Below, piece by piece: positions 55,042 through 64,000 of a stretch of DNA of 64,000 nucleotides. This stretch comes from Synechococcus sp. (GTDB lineage Bacteria > Cyanobacteriota > Cyanobacteriia > PCC-6307 > Cyanobiaceae): the NCBI GenBank assembly GCA_047285305.1, contig JBJBDL010000003.1:992001-1056000 (forward strand), given 5' to 3'. The first letter of the stretch is position 1; the number at the start of each line of letters is the position of its first letter. Made by a program: the position numbers and the translations under genes. A model generated the notes under the pieces. It worked only from the letters and a program-made list of their open reading frames with translations. It had not been told where the DNA came from and made no database searches.

Positions 55042-55530
55042 ATGGGTCGCCGTTTCAGGGCTGCGCTGTTGGCTCTGCTGGTGTTGCAGCTGACGGGCAG
55101 TGCTGTTCAAGCCTCAACCTGGGATCGCATCGCCAGTTACCTGCGGCTGCTGCAGCGGGCGGGAGTGAAGGCCCTGGTGGTACCCGACTGCCCTTTGGGC
55201 TTGCTGGGGGCCTTCCATGAGGGCAAGCAGGCCCTGTTGATATGTGGCAACAACCTGCCCGATGATCCCTCCGCGGTTTGGGTGGTGCTGGCCCATGAAT
55301 CAGTCCATGTGATGCAGTCATGCCATGGCGGCAACCTGATGCCGGCGGCCTTGCTCAGCCGTGAGGTGGAGGTGGCTCGCCAGCAGGTCCCCAATCCTTT
55401 TCACGAGTTGCAGCTGTATCACTCCAGTCAGCATCACGTTGAGGCCGAAGCCCGTCTGATTCAGGCCCTGCCCGCGGAGCAGGTGGTGGCCTTGTTTGAA
55501 AAACACTGCGCTAAGCGGCTCTCCCCTTGA
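55042..55530 (+). CDS. Secreted hypothetical protein with HExxH motif
   Basis: Signal peptide, LAHESVHVMQ, downstream EAEA. Confidence 0.75.
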   Translation: MGRRFRAALLALLVLQLTGSAVQASTWDRIASYLRLLQRAGVKALVVPDCPLGLLGAFHEGKQALLICGNNLPDDPSAVWVVLAHESVHVMQSCHGGNLMPAALLSREVEVARQQVPNPFHELQLYHSSQHHVEAEARLIQALPAEQVVALFEKHCAKRLSP

Positions 55531-56144
55531 AGCTGCTGATGCGGGACCCGTGGCTGATGGCGGTCGACAAGCCCGCCGGCCTGCTCAGCCAACCGGGCCT
55601 GGGGCCCGAGCAAAGCGATTCCGTGATCACCCGCTTGCAGCAGCAGGACCACGGCCTGCGCTTGGTTCACCGCCTGGACCGCGACACCTCAGGGGTGCTG
55701 CTTTTGGCCCGCAGCGCTGACGCCCTGCGGCAGCTCAGTGCCCTGTTTGCTGAACGGCGGATCAACAAGTTGTACCAGGCGGATGTGGAGGGGGAGCTCC
55801 ACGGCCGCGGTTTCATCGCCTGCCCTCTGGCACGACTCTCGCGCCAACCGCCGCGCTACGGCAGCCACCCCGAGGGACGTTTGGCGCTGACGATCTGGAG
55901 GGCCCGCACCGCTGGTGCCCACAGCACACGGCTCTGGCTGCGTCCGCGCACGGGCCGCTCCCATCAGCTGCGGGCCCATCTGGCCGAACGGGGTCACCCC
56001 ATCGTGGGCGATCCCATCTATGGGGATGCCGGCCGTTCCTGCCGCTTGCATTTGCATGCTCAGGCCCTGAGCTTTCGCCATCCCTTCACACAGCAACGCG
56101 TCCGTTTGATTTCGCAGGAGGTTCCCTTTGCCACTGAGTGCTGA
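55527..56144 (+). CDS. RluA family pseudouridine synthase
   Basis: VDKPAGL, HRLDRDTSG, TGRSHQLRAHL, PIVGDPIYG, LHLHA. Confidence 0.94.
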   Translation: MKLLMRDPWLMAVDKPAGLLSQPGLGPEQSDSVITRLQQQDHGLRLVHRLDRDTSGVLLLARSADALRQLSALFAERRINKLYQADVEGELHGRGFIACPLARLSRQPPRYGSHPEGRLALTIWRARTAGAHSTRLWLRPRTGRSHQLRAHLAERGHPIVGDPIYGDAGRSCRLHLHAQALSFRHPFTQQRVRLISQEVPFATEC

Positions 56145-56159
56145 ACTCGGACACTGCGG

Positions 56160-58250
56160 TCAGCGTCGGGCGGGGATTGGGTAGGGAATGCGGCGGTGGC
56201 GCATCCGCCGCCAGACCTGCACGAAGGCACGAATAACCAGTGCCACTTCGCTGCGGTTGAGGCTGCTTTTGCGCAGTTGTCCATCCCGCTGCCTCGCTTC
56301 CACAATCCGCTGCACCGTGTCCACCGCCTGGGCATCGGAGGTGTCGGGAGGGAGTGATCGAAGCGCCGCCTCACATCCGTCGGCCAGCATCAGGATCGCC
56401 GTTTCTTTGGAGCGAGGTTCCGGGCCCCTGTAACGGAAGCGGCGTTCCTCCACCACCTCGCCGCGCTCCCGGGCCTTGTGGAGGAAGTACCCCATTTTCA
56501 AGGTGCCCTGGTGCTCAGGGATGAAATCAGCGATGGGCCGAGGCAGGCGGTGGCGCCGCGCCAGCTTCAGGCCCTCATCCACATGAGCTTGAAGCACCGC
56601 CGCACTCGCCTGGGGGTCATCCAGCGCGTCGTGGGGATTGGGTCCGTCCTTCTGGTTCTCGATGAACCAGTCCGGCGCATGAAGTTTGCCCACGTCGTGA
56701 TACAGAGAGCCGGTCCGGATCAGATCCACATCTGCACCAATCGCTCGCGCCCCTTCCTCCGCCAGGCCGCAGATCATCAGGGTGTGTTCAAAGGTTCCCG
56801 GGGCTTCGCAGGAGAGGCGGCGCAGCAGGGGACGCTCCTGATCGGCCAGTTCCAGCAGCCGCGCCCGGGTGAGCAGGCCAAATGAGAACTCGAGCATCGG
56901 GATCAGCAGCAGGCTGAACATCAGCAAAACACCGAGCACAAAGGAGTCGGTGGCCAGTTCATCCAGGCTGGGATTCAGATTTCCCCAGACCCGCAGGCCG
57001 GTAACCGGTTGCAGCTGCAGCAGCAGCCACTGCCCCACGAAGGCGCCAATCGGCAGCAGCACCGTGAGTTGCAGCAACTGGCCGCGGCTGCGCTGACGGC
57101 CTGCGATCAAGGCCCCAGCGGCGGCCACCGTTGCCGCCACAATCAAGCGACCGTCCCCCAAACCCTGGACGGGTTCTGGCCAGAGCAGAGCGGCCACTCC
57201 CATCCAGACCAATCCGCAGCCGGTGCCGAGGCCTTCCGCCAGCACCAGGGTGGGCGCTACCAGCACGGCCAGAGGGCTCACGGAGCTTTTGAACCAGAGC
57301 TTGGCTCCCTGCACCAGCAGCAGCAGGCCAACCGCCAGAAGGGCGTGGCGCACCTCCAGACCAGGCCGCTCGCGCCGCATCACCAGCAGCATCACGGCGC
57401 AGGCTGCAGCGGCTTCAACAAACCGTTGGAACCAAATCAACGGTTGGGGTTCGCGGCGCACGCGGCCGAAATAATCCAGAACGTCATAGGCCTGTGGACT
57501 GATCGGCTCGCCCTTGCGGGTGATCAGATCCCCCTTGCGCACCTCGATGGTGGGGATGGCCTGTTTGGTCAGCTGTTCCTCGATCAGCTGTTTGCTCAGG
57601 TTCGGGTCGGTGCGCAGGTTGCTGCTACCGCGCATGGCGCTGGTGAGCACCTTGCCGGCGAGGGTGCGCGCTGCATCTGGCTGCAGGTCAACCGCCTTGA
57701 GTTGCTGGTCGGCGGCCTTGCGCAATTGCTCAATGGCCAGGTTGCTCACCAGCCCTTGGCTCAGCATGCGATCAGCGGTGCTGCGCACCTCTTTATCCCA
57801 GGCCAGATGCTCCCATTCGCTGCGTCGTTCCAGCCACCTTTTCTCTTGATCAGACAGGTTCACCGGCCCGATCCGGTCTCCAGATCCTGTGTTGGTGACC
57901 TCCTGCAGCTGCAGCAGTTGTTGCTCGAGCCGTTGTTTGAGTGCTTGGGTCTGCTCCTGATCGATCACCTGCACCACCGATCGCGCCACCAGAGAGGCCC
58001 GCTGCTGCTCGAGGGCGGTGCTGTCCTGCACCAGGGCATCCTTTGGAGCAATGGCTTCAAACGGGGCCAGCGATCCGGGTTGAAGTTTTGGCTTGATCAG
58101 CCAGGGCAGGCTTGAGGCTGCGGCCACGGAAAGGCACAGCAGCAGCACAACAAAGGTCTGCAGTCGCGTCCAGCGCAGGAGGCGTCGCCCTGGGCCTTCG
58201 AGCCGCGCCCAGTTCCGCCAAAGGCTGCTCAGCCGTGGAACACGAACCAA
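56160..58250 (-). CDS. 7TM-HD (HDIG-type) phosphohydrolase, PgpH-like
   Basis: Extracellular domain, TM block, EAPGTFEH, YHDVGK, FIENQ, EHQGT, MLADGCEAA. Confidence 0.9.
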   Translation of the reverse strand: MVRVPRLSSLWRNWARLEGPGRRLLRWTRLQTFVVLLLCLSVAAASSLPWLIKPKLQPGSLAPFEAIAPKDALVQDSTALEQQRASLVARSVVQVIDQEQTQALKQRLEQQLLQLQEVTNTGSGDRIGPVNLSDQEKRWLERRSEWEHLAWDKEVRSTADRMLSQGLVSNLAIEQLRKAADQQLKAVDLQPDAARTLAGKVLTSAMRGSSNLRTDPNLSKQLIEEQLTKQAIPTIEVRKGDLITRKGEPISPQAYDVLDYFGRVRREPQPLIWFQRFVEAAAACAVMLLVMRRERPGLEVRHALLAVGLLLLVQGAKLWFKSSVSPLAVLVAPTLVLAEGLGTGCGLVWMGVAALLWPEPVQGLGDGRLIVAATVAAAGALIAGRQRSRGQLLQLTVLLPIGAFVGQWLLLQLQPVTGLRVWGNLNPSLDELATDSFVLGVLLMFSLLLIPMLEFSFGLLTRARLLELADQERPLLRRLSCEAPGTFEHTLMICGLAEEGARAIGADVDLIRTGSLYHDVGKLHAPDWFIENQKDGPNPHDALDDPQASAAVLQAHVDEGLKLARRHRLPRPIADFIPEHQGTLKMGYFLHKARERGEVVEERRFRYRGPEPRSKETAILMLADGCEAALRSLPPDTSDAQAVDTVQRIVEARQRDGQLRKSSLNRSEVALVIRAFVQVWRRMRHRRIPYPIPARR

Positions 58251-58320
58251 AAAGGACCCTGTAGCGGCTTAACGCTAGCTCTCCTCAGAGGGCATGCTGG
58301 AGGGAGTGCATGGGAATGCC

Positions 58321-59202
58321 ATGGCCCTGCGTTTGGACGGCAAGGTGCTGGCAAGGGATGTGGAGCATCGTCTTCAAACCCTGATCGAACGGCGTTTGGC
58401 CGAGGCGGGGCGACCGCCGGGCTTGGCGGTGCTGCGTGTTGGTGATGATCCCGCCAGCGCCGTCTACGTCGCCAATAAGGAAAAAGCCTGTGCTCGGATC
58501 GGGGTGGCCAGCTTTGGTGATCACCTCCCCGGCGACACGCCTCCAGCGCAGGTGCTTCAGACGATTGAACGGCTGAATGCCAACACTGCAGTGGACGGGA
58601 TCCTCCTGCAGCTCCCCCTTCCTGCTGGCCTCGATGAGGGGCCGCTGCTGATGGCCATTGATCCTGAAAAGGATGCCGATGGTCTGCACACCCTCAATCT
58701 CGGACGGCTGCTCAAGGGGGAGCCGGGCCCGCGCAGCTGCACCCCCGCCGGGGTGATGGCGATGCTGCGCAGTAATGGCATCGATCCTGCGGGCAAGCGC
58801 GCCGTGGTGATCGGCCGCAGCATTCTCGTGGGGCAGCCGATGGCCTTGATGCTGCAGGCCGCCAACGCCACCGTCACCATCGCCCACTCCCGCACGGTCG
58901 ATCTGGCGGCCCACACTCGCGAAGCCGACATCCTCGTGGTGGCAGCAGGCCGTCCTGAGTTCATCGGGGCCGAGCACGTGCGGCCGGGGGCGGCGGTGGT
59001 GGATGTGGGCATCCACCGCAAGCCGGAAGGCGGATTGTGTGGGGATGTTCGTGCGGCTGAAGTCGAGTCGGTCTCTGCTGCGCTTTCTCCCGTCCCCGGC
59101 GGTGTGGGACCGATGACGGTGACGATGCTTCTGGTGAACACCGTTGTGGCTTGGTGTAGACGCCACGACCTTGACCATGATTTGGACGATCTAGTGCCCT
59201 GA
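58321..59202 (+). CDS. folD: Methylenetetrahydrofolate dehydrogenase/cyclohydrolase
   Basis: [37 protein letters not shown]. Confidence 0.96.
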   Translation: MALRLDGKVLARDVEHRLQTLIERRLAEAGRPPGLAVLRVGDDPASAVYVANKEKACARIGVASFGDHLPGDTPPAQVLQTIERLNANTAVDGILLQLPLPAGLDEGPLLMAIDPEKDADGLHTLNLGRLLKGEPGPRSCTPAGVMAMLRSNGIDPAGKRAVVIGRSILVGQPMALMLQAANATVTIAHSRTVDLAAHTREADILVVAAGRPEFIGAEHVRPGAAVVDVGIHRKPEGGLCGDVRAAEVESVSAALSPVPGGVGPMTVTMLLVNTVVAWCRRHDLDHDLDDLVP

Positions 59203-59210
59203 TCGGTTCC

Positions 59211-59843
59211 ATGGCGCTGCACTGGCTGTTCCCCACCCCCGTTGTGCAGGTGGAGTACTTCGATGCCCAGGTGTATCAGCACCCTGAGTTCAGCGATCGC
59301 AACAATCTCACCGGGGATCTCCTGGGCCATGCCGGCCTGGATCAGTTGCATCGCATGGATGCGTTCCAGTGGCTGAACGGGCAGTTGGCTGAGCACGTTT
59401 CGGCTTATCTCCGTTCGCTGTTGGGCCCGGAAAACGGTCTTGTGGCCCACATCCAAAAGGCCTTGCCTGCGGTGTGTGCGAGGAATGGCGGAACGGTGGA
59501 TCTGCAAAGCCACCGCAATGCCCAGTTGAGCGCGGTGTTCTATGAGTTGACTGATCCCGCCAACGAGTGCGGGGAGCTGGAATTTGAGGCGCCCGACGAT
59601 TACTTCAGCCATGTGATGGCGATTCCCTACCGTGACGCGGCGGTCTCCGGTGGGGTGTTCGCGCCGCTGCCCCACCGTCTTTTGCTGGTCCCTTCGGACC
59701 ACCTGCGCCATCGTGTGTTCTCCCCTAAGGGAATCTGCCCTCCCTATTCGGTCTCCTACAACCTGGCCATCACCATGGCACCGGGCAAGGGAGGCGAGAC
59801 GCAAACACCCCATCCGATGGATTGGGTCCCCCTCGGCAGCTAA
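59211..59843 (+). CDS. TIGR02466-like 2OG-Fe(II) oxygenase, possibly inactive
   Basis: LFPTP start, LSAVFY, GELEF, PS..LRH, SVSYN; expected HxH appears as QSH. Confidence 0.7.
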   Translation: MALHWLFPTPVVQVEYFDAQVYQHPEFSDRNNLTGDLLGHAGLDQLHRMDAFQWLNGQLAEHVSAYLRSLLGPENGLVAHIQKALPAVCARNGGTVDLQSHRNAQLSAVFYELTDPANECGELEFEAPDDYFSHVMAIPYRDAAVSGGVFAPLPHRLLLVPSDHLRHRVFSPKGICPPYSVSYNLAITMAPGKGGETQTPHPMDWVPLGS

Positions 59844-59883
59844 TGGCTCGGCCTGAGAGAATCCCGCCAGCCAGGGTCCACCC

Positions 59884-60774
59884 ATGAGCGCCGAGTTCGA
59901 TTTCAAGGCCTATCTCGGCAAGGCCAAAGAGCGAGTGGAAGCGGCCCTCGATGGATCCCTCGGTCCGGAGCGGCCGGAGTCCCTCAGAAAAGCGATGCGC
60001 TATTCGCTGCTTGCCGGTGGCAAGCGCCTGCGCCCGATTCTCTGCCTTGCAGCTTGCGAGTTGGCGGGCGGGGAAGCGACGCAGGCCCTTTCCACGGCGG
60101 TGGCGCTGGAAATGATCCACACCATGTCATTGATCCATGACGACCTGCCGGCCATGGATGACGACGACCTGCGCCGTGGTCGTCCCACCAATCACAAGGT
60201 GTATGGCGAAGCCGTGGCCATCCTTGCCGGTGATGCCCTGCTGACCCGCGCCTTCGAAATGGTGGCGCTGCGCAGTCCGGATGTGCCGGCTGAGCGTCTG
60301 CTCAAGGTGGTGGGAGAACTGTCGTTGGTAGCCGGTGCCCCTGGCCTGGTGGGCGGCCAAGTGGTGGATCTGGAAAGCGAAGGCAAGGAGGTGGATCTTG
60401 AAACCCTCGAGTACATCCACCTCCACAAAACCGGAGCCCTGTTGAGTGCCTGTGTGATCACCGGGGCGATGATCGGCGGCGCCGACGAGGCGCTGATCAA
60501 GGCCCTGCGCACCTATGCCAGGGGGATAGGCCTCGCCTTCCAGATCATCGACGACATCCTCGACATCACCGCCAGCAGCGAGGTGCTCGGCAAAACCGCC
60601 GGCAAGGATCTCATTGCCGACAAGACCACCTATCCCAAGCTTCTCGGGCTCGACGAGTCCCGCCGTCGGGCCGATGCGTTGGTCAATGAAGCGAAAGAGG
60701 CGCTTCAACCCTGGGCCGAGAAGGCGATTCCCCTGCTGGCCTTGGCCGACTTCATCACCAGCCGCGACCGATGA
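59884..60774 (+). CDS. crtE: Geranylgeranyl diphosphate synthase
   Basis: [35 protein letters not shown]. Confidence 0.95.
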   Translation: MSAEFDFKAYLGKAKERVEAALDGSLGPERPESLRKAMRYSLLAGGKRLRPILCLAACELAGGEATQALSTAVALEMIHTMSLIHDDLPAMDDDDLRRGRPTNHKVYGEAVAILAGDALLTRAFEMVALRSPDVPAERLLKVVGELSLVAGAPGLVGGQVVDLESEGKEVDLETLEYIHLHKTGALLSACVITGAMIGGADEALIKALRTYARGIGLAFQIIDDILDITASSEVLGKTAGKDLIADKTTYPKLLGLDESRRRADALVNEAKEALQPWAEKAIPLLALADFITSRDR

Positions 60775-61283
60775 TCGACGCCTCGCCCTCCCATGCGGTG
60801 CTGCGGGAGTTCTTCGACAACAGTTCGCTCACCTGGGGCTTGATGGCCTGTGGGATCGCCCAGCTCTCGAAATTGTTCCTTGAGTTGCTCTTGCATCGCC
60901 GTTGGCGTCCAGCGGTGTTGATCGAAACGGGCGGCATGCCGTCGAGCCACTCCGCCCTGGCCACCGGCACGGCGGCCTGTGTGGGTTGGACCCTGGGCTT
61001 TGATCACCCCCTCTTCGCCCTTGCGGCGATGGTGGCGTTCGTCGTCATGTACGACGCCAGTGGCATTCGTCGCGCCGCCGGGCTGACGGCGGAACGGGTC
61101 AATGGTCTGCCTGATTCGCTCTGGCCGGACGCTCCGGAGAAACCCCTCAAGGAAAGCCTTGGCCACAGCCGGCTGCAGGTGCTGGTGGGCAGCCTGATGG
61201 GTCCTGCCGTTGCTCTGCCCGGATTGGAATTTGTGGGGTCACCGCTGCATCTGCTGTCGGGTCTTGGAGCTGGGCTGGGGTGA
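60771..61283 (+). CDS. Divergent PAP2 family protein (DUF212)
   Basis: [25 protein letters not shown]. Confidence 0.92.
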   Translation: MIDASPSHAVLREFFDNSSLTWGLMACGIAQLSKLFLELLLHRRWRPAVLIETGGMPSSHSALATGTAACVGWTLGFDHPLFALAAMVAFVVMYDASGIRRAAGLTAERVNGLPDSLWPDAPEKPLKESLGHSRLQVLVGSLMGPAVALPGLEFVGSPLHLLSGLGAGLG

Positions 61284-62731
61284 CCGCTGCCGCGGACCTC
61301 ACCGCTGATCAGCAGGAAGCGGCGGACGCCTTTGCGGCCTGGCTTAAGCAGCCCGCGGATGGCACCCCCTTCGTGCTCAGTGGTTTTGCCGGCAGCGGCA
61401 AAACCTTCCTCTCCATGCGCCTGTTGCGCCAGGTGGAGGCCAGCGGTTTGTGCTGGACCGTCGTGGCACCAACCCATAAAGCGGTGGGAGTTCTGCGCCA
61501 GGCGTTGGAGTTGGAGGGTCTCCAACCCACCTGGTATCCCTCCACCATCCATCGCTTGCTGCGGCTGAAGCTCAAGCGCTCCGCCGACGCTGAACTCTGC
61601 GAACCCACCGAGCAGACGGCCATGGCCCTGGAAAACCTGGGCCTGGTGCTGATTGACGAAGCCTCGATGGTGGACAGCACCCTGTTGGGCATCGCCCTCC
61701 AGTGTGCCCATCCGTTCAAGACCCGTCTGGTTTTTGTCGGCGACCCCGCCCAGTTGCCTCCGGTAGGTGAGCCGAACAGCCCCGTGTTTGCGATGCAACG
61801 GTCCTGTTCCGCCAGCTTGACCCAGGTGGTGCGGCATCAAGGCCCAGTGCTGCAGCTGGCTGCGGGGCTGCGGGAGGGGAGCCTGCCCTGCCAAATGCCG
61901 CCGCTGCTGCCGCCGATTCGTTCCCCGCAGGGGCAGGTGCGCAGCCTGGTGCAACGGGAGTGGCTGGATCAGGCTCGGCGTGCATTGCGCGACGCTTCGG
62001 TTCAAGACAACCCCGATGCAGCACGCATCCTCTGCTACACGAACCGCACCCTGGATCGTCTGGTGCCCCATGCGCGCCGGGCCATCCATGGGGAGATGGC
62101 GGATCAGATGCCGGTGCTGCCCGGTGAGGTGTTGATCAGTCGCACCGCGGTGATGGCCCCGGCCTCAAGGGACGGAGAAGAGGCCGGTGAAGAACCCGAC
62201 ATGGTGCTCGGCTCCAACCGCGAAGTGACGGTGCGGGACGTCAAGCCGGAGGCCTGTGACCTGGCGGATTTCGGCCTGTCCTCCGCCGATGGGCCCGTGC
62301 CGGTGATCGAGACCCTCTCCGCATCGGTGAATGCCGGGGATCTGGAGCTCACCCTGCGCCTGCAGCCGCCGATTGGCAGCTCGGGTCGTCAAGAGCTTGA
62401 TGCGGTGATGCAGCGGCTGCGCAAGCAGGCCCGTGATGCCGGCAAGAAAAACGGTCGCGCGATCTGGCGGCAGTACTTCCTGATTCGCGATGCCTTCGCT
62501 TCCCTGGGGCCGGCGGCGGTGCTCACGGTGCACCGCAGTCAGGGCAGCAGTTTCGGGGATGTCTTTGTGGCGCCGGATGTGTTCCGGGCTGATCCAGCCA
62601 TCCGCCAGCAGCTCTGTTATGTGGCCGTGTCCCGTGCCCGTACGGGAGTTTGGTTGCTCGGCGGGGAGACGTCGTCTGATCTGCGCGCCACCTGGCAGCG
62701 CCAATTCGACACCACGCGGGAATTCGACTGA
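61280..62731 (+). CDS. RecD/Dda-like superfamily 1 DNA helicase
   Basis: GFAGSGKT, APTHKA, TIH, DEASM, GDPAQLPPV, TVHRSQGS, YVAVSRA. Confidence 0.92.
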   Translation: MTAAADLTADQQEAADAFAAWLKQPADGTPFVLSGFAGSGKTFLSMRLLRQVEASGLCWTVVAPTHKAVGVLRQALELEGLQPTWYPSTIHRLLRLKLKRSADAELCEPTEQTAMALENLGLVLIDEASMVDSTLLGIALQCAHPFKTRLVFVGDPAQLPPVGEPNSPVFAMQRSCSASLTQVVRHQGPVLQLAAGLREGSLPCQMPPLLPPIRSPQGQVRSLVQREWLDQARRALRDASVQDNPDAARILCYTNRTLDRLVPHARRAIHGEMADQMPVLPGEVLISRTAVMAPASRDGEEAGEEPDMVLGSNREVTVRDVKPEACDLADFGLSSADGPVPVIETLSASVNAGDLELTLRLQPPIGSSGRQELDAVMQRLRKQARDAGKKNGRAIWRQYFLIRDAFASLGPAAVLTVHRSQGSSFGDVFVAPDVFRADPAIRQQLCYVAVSRARTGVWLLGGETSSDLRATWQRQFDTTREFD

Positions 62732-62762
62732 ATCAGGAGAGGATCAGTACGCTGATCCCGGC

Positions 62763-62942
62763 TCAGAGGCGCATGATCAGTGCCGAAAACAGTCCTTCTC
62801 TATGCCGCCAGCTCTGACAGGCGTCTAGGGCTTCTGCCGCGGAATCAAACACCTTCTTAGTGGTTGCCCGTCGCGTGCTCATCGCCTCCACGCCAAGCAA
62901 GGGCAGCGCATTGATCAACAGACCAAATCTGAAGCGGAGCAT
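62763..62942 (-). CDS. 59-aa ORF, possible gene remnant
   Basis: MLRFRFGLLINALPLLGVEAMSTRRATTKKVFDSAAEALDACQSWRHREGLFSALIMRL*; fills an otherwise empty gap. Confidence 0.4.
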   Translation of the reverse strand: MLRFRFGLLINALPLLGVEAMSTRRATTKKVFDSAAEALDACQSWRHREGLFSALIMRL

Positions 62943-63042
62943 GCGACAGGTGCGAAGGTCCTGCTTCAGCCGTGGCGAGATGGGTGGAGCGTGGAGGCCT
63001 CCTCCCCAGTTTTTTCACTTGCGAGTCTCAGCGCACTTCATT

Positions 63043-63396
63043 TCAGTAGCGCACTTCGAACCAGTCGTCGCCCGTGATCGGGAGCTGGCTGGGGGTCACC
63101 CGAACCACCCGGGCGCCCGGCGGCCCGACCTCGCACCAGGCCCGCAGTTCAGACAAGGCCAGCGGTGGTCCCTCGGCTTGCACTTCTACACGGCCATCAC
63201 TCAGGTTGCGTACCCAGCCGCTGATGCCGAGATCCAGGGCACGCCGATTGCAGCTGGCGCGGAACCCCACCCGTTGAACACGGCCTTCGATTACCCAGCG
63301 CCAGCGTTCGGCGAAGGGTTGGACCCGCGGGGGTTGCTGGCGGCTGACGAAGCGTTTGGCGATCTTCTCTCCCCGGATTCGAGCGCGGCGCGCCAT
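63043..63396 (-). CDS. acyP: Acylphosphatase (start at 63396 or 63468)
   Basis: GRVQRVGFR, GWVRNLSDGRVE, GPPGARV, FEVRY. Confidence 0.88.
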   Translation of the reverse strand: MARRARIRGEKIAKRFVSRQQPPRVQPFAERWRWVIEGRVQRVGFRASCNRRALDLGISGWVRNLSDGRVEVQAEGPPLALSELRAWCEVGPPGARVVRVTPSQLPITGDDWFEVRY

Positions 63397-64000
63397 CGGG
63401 AGCAGATCGTCGTAGAGCTTGCCCAGTGCAGGTGAACCCAGCTCGCGTGAACCGTCTGATCGACCCATCCTTCCGAATGTCGATGGACTTTCCATCCCTC
63501 AATGTCCCACAGCACTGACCTGTCGGAGGATGGCCGGTTGGTGTGCAGTTCCCAGCAGTGAAATTCGTGGCCCACCAGCTGCTGACCGCTTTCCACCACA
63601 GGGCTGTCCCGCCGTGCCTGTAGGCGTCGATAGCCCACCTGCAGGGGGCCGCGCTGGGCTGTGAAGGGAAGCAGGCCCGCCATGGGGTGGCTGGTGCCAT
63701 CGAGGTCGGTCAGCTGGTCTCCGAGCACAAGCATCCCGCCGCATTCGGCGTAGAGCGGTCGCTGCTGCACGAACGCCCGCAGCGAGCTCAGGCTTCGTTT
63801 GCAGCTGCTGAGCTGGGCAGCGTGCTGTTCGGGGAACCCACCCGGCAGGATCAGGCCCTTGGCATCTGCAGGGATGGCCTCATCGGCCAGGGGGCTCCAG
63901 CTGAGCACGGGCATGCCCATGTGCTCCAGCAGTTCACTGGTTTCCTGGTAGCGGAAGTGAAAGGCGGCATCACTGGCTAGAGCCACCGGCAGGGGCTGGC
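63291..64000 (-). CDS. cobB: Cobyrinate a,c-diamide synthase, 3' part (partial)
   Basis: DAAFHFRY, LPGGFPE, YAECGGM, GHEFH, ASWVHLH. Confidence 0.92.
   Translation of the reverse strand, partial: QPLPVALASDAAFHFRYQETSELLEHMGMPVLSWSPLADEAIPADAKGLILPGGFPEQHAAQLSSCKRSLSSLRAFVQQRPLYAECGGMLVLGDQLTDLDGTSHPMAGLLPFTAQRGPLQVGYRRLQARRDSPVVESGQQLVGHEFHCWELHTNRPSSDRSVLWDIEGWKVHRHSEGWVDQTVHASWVHLHWASSTTICSRWRAALESGERRSPNASSAASNPRGSNPSPNAGAG

Noticed and set aside
61280..62731. RecD-like helicase as a mobile-element marker
   Set aside because: Overlap-coupled to crtE-DUF212, host-like GC, no relaxase or integrase

Overview
GC-rich chromosomal window from a marine picocyanobacterium, most likely marine Synechococcus. 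This is inferred from gene content and order (ycf4, petM, ycf39, petG, chlI, cytM, the guaB-Yfr1-trxA arrangement, split pntA1/pntA2/pntB). It is mostly densely packed core genome: ilvN, infA, NTRC-type trxB, dxr, cysS, polA, ychF, hom, sufE, ruvC, hisH, gyrA, crtL, leuA, folD, crtE and a partial cobB/cbiA. I found no rRNA, tRNA, CRISPR array, transposase, integrase or recognisable defence system, and I cannot support a large novel system. Features absent from the ORF track are the ycf4 3' end, petG, the Yfr1 sRNA, a 30-aa membrane micro-ORF and a 59-aa ORF. The best second-look signals are: (i) a three-hairpin leader burying the RBS of a 57-aa gene; (ii) a 14-bp inverted repeat exactly bracketing a lone sugar ABC permease; (iii) an SF2 helicase lacking a canonical start; (iv) an AT-rich islet after ychF; and (v) several apparently decaying accessory genes (frameshift, nonsense codon, lost catalytic residues), reflecting either relaxed selection or sequence error. 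All family calls come from motif recognition by eye, not database searches.
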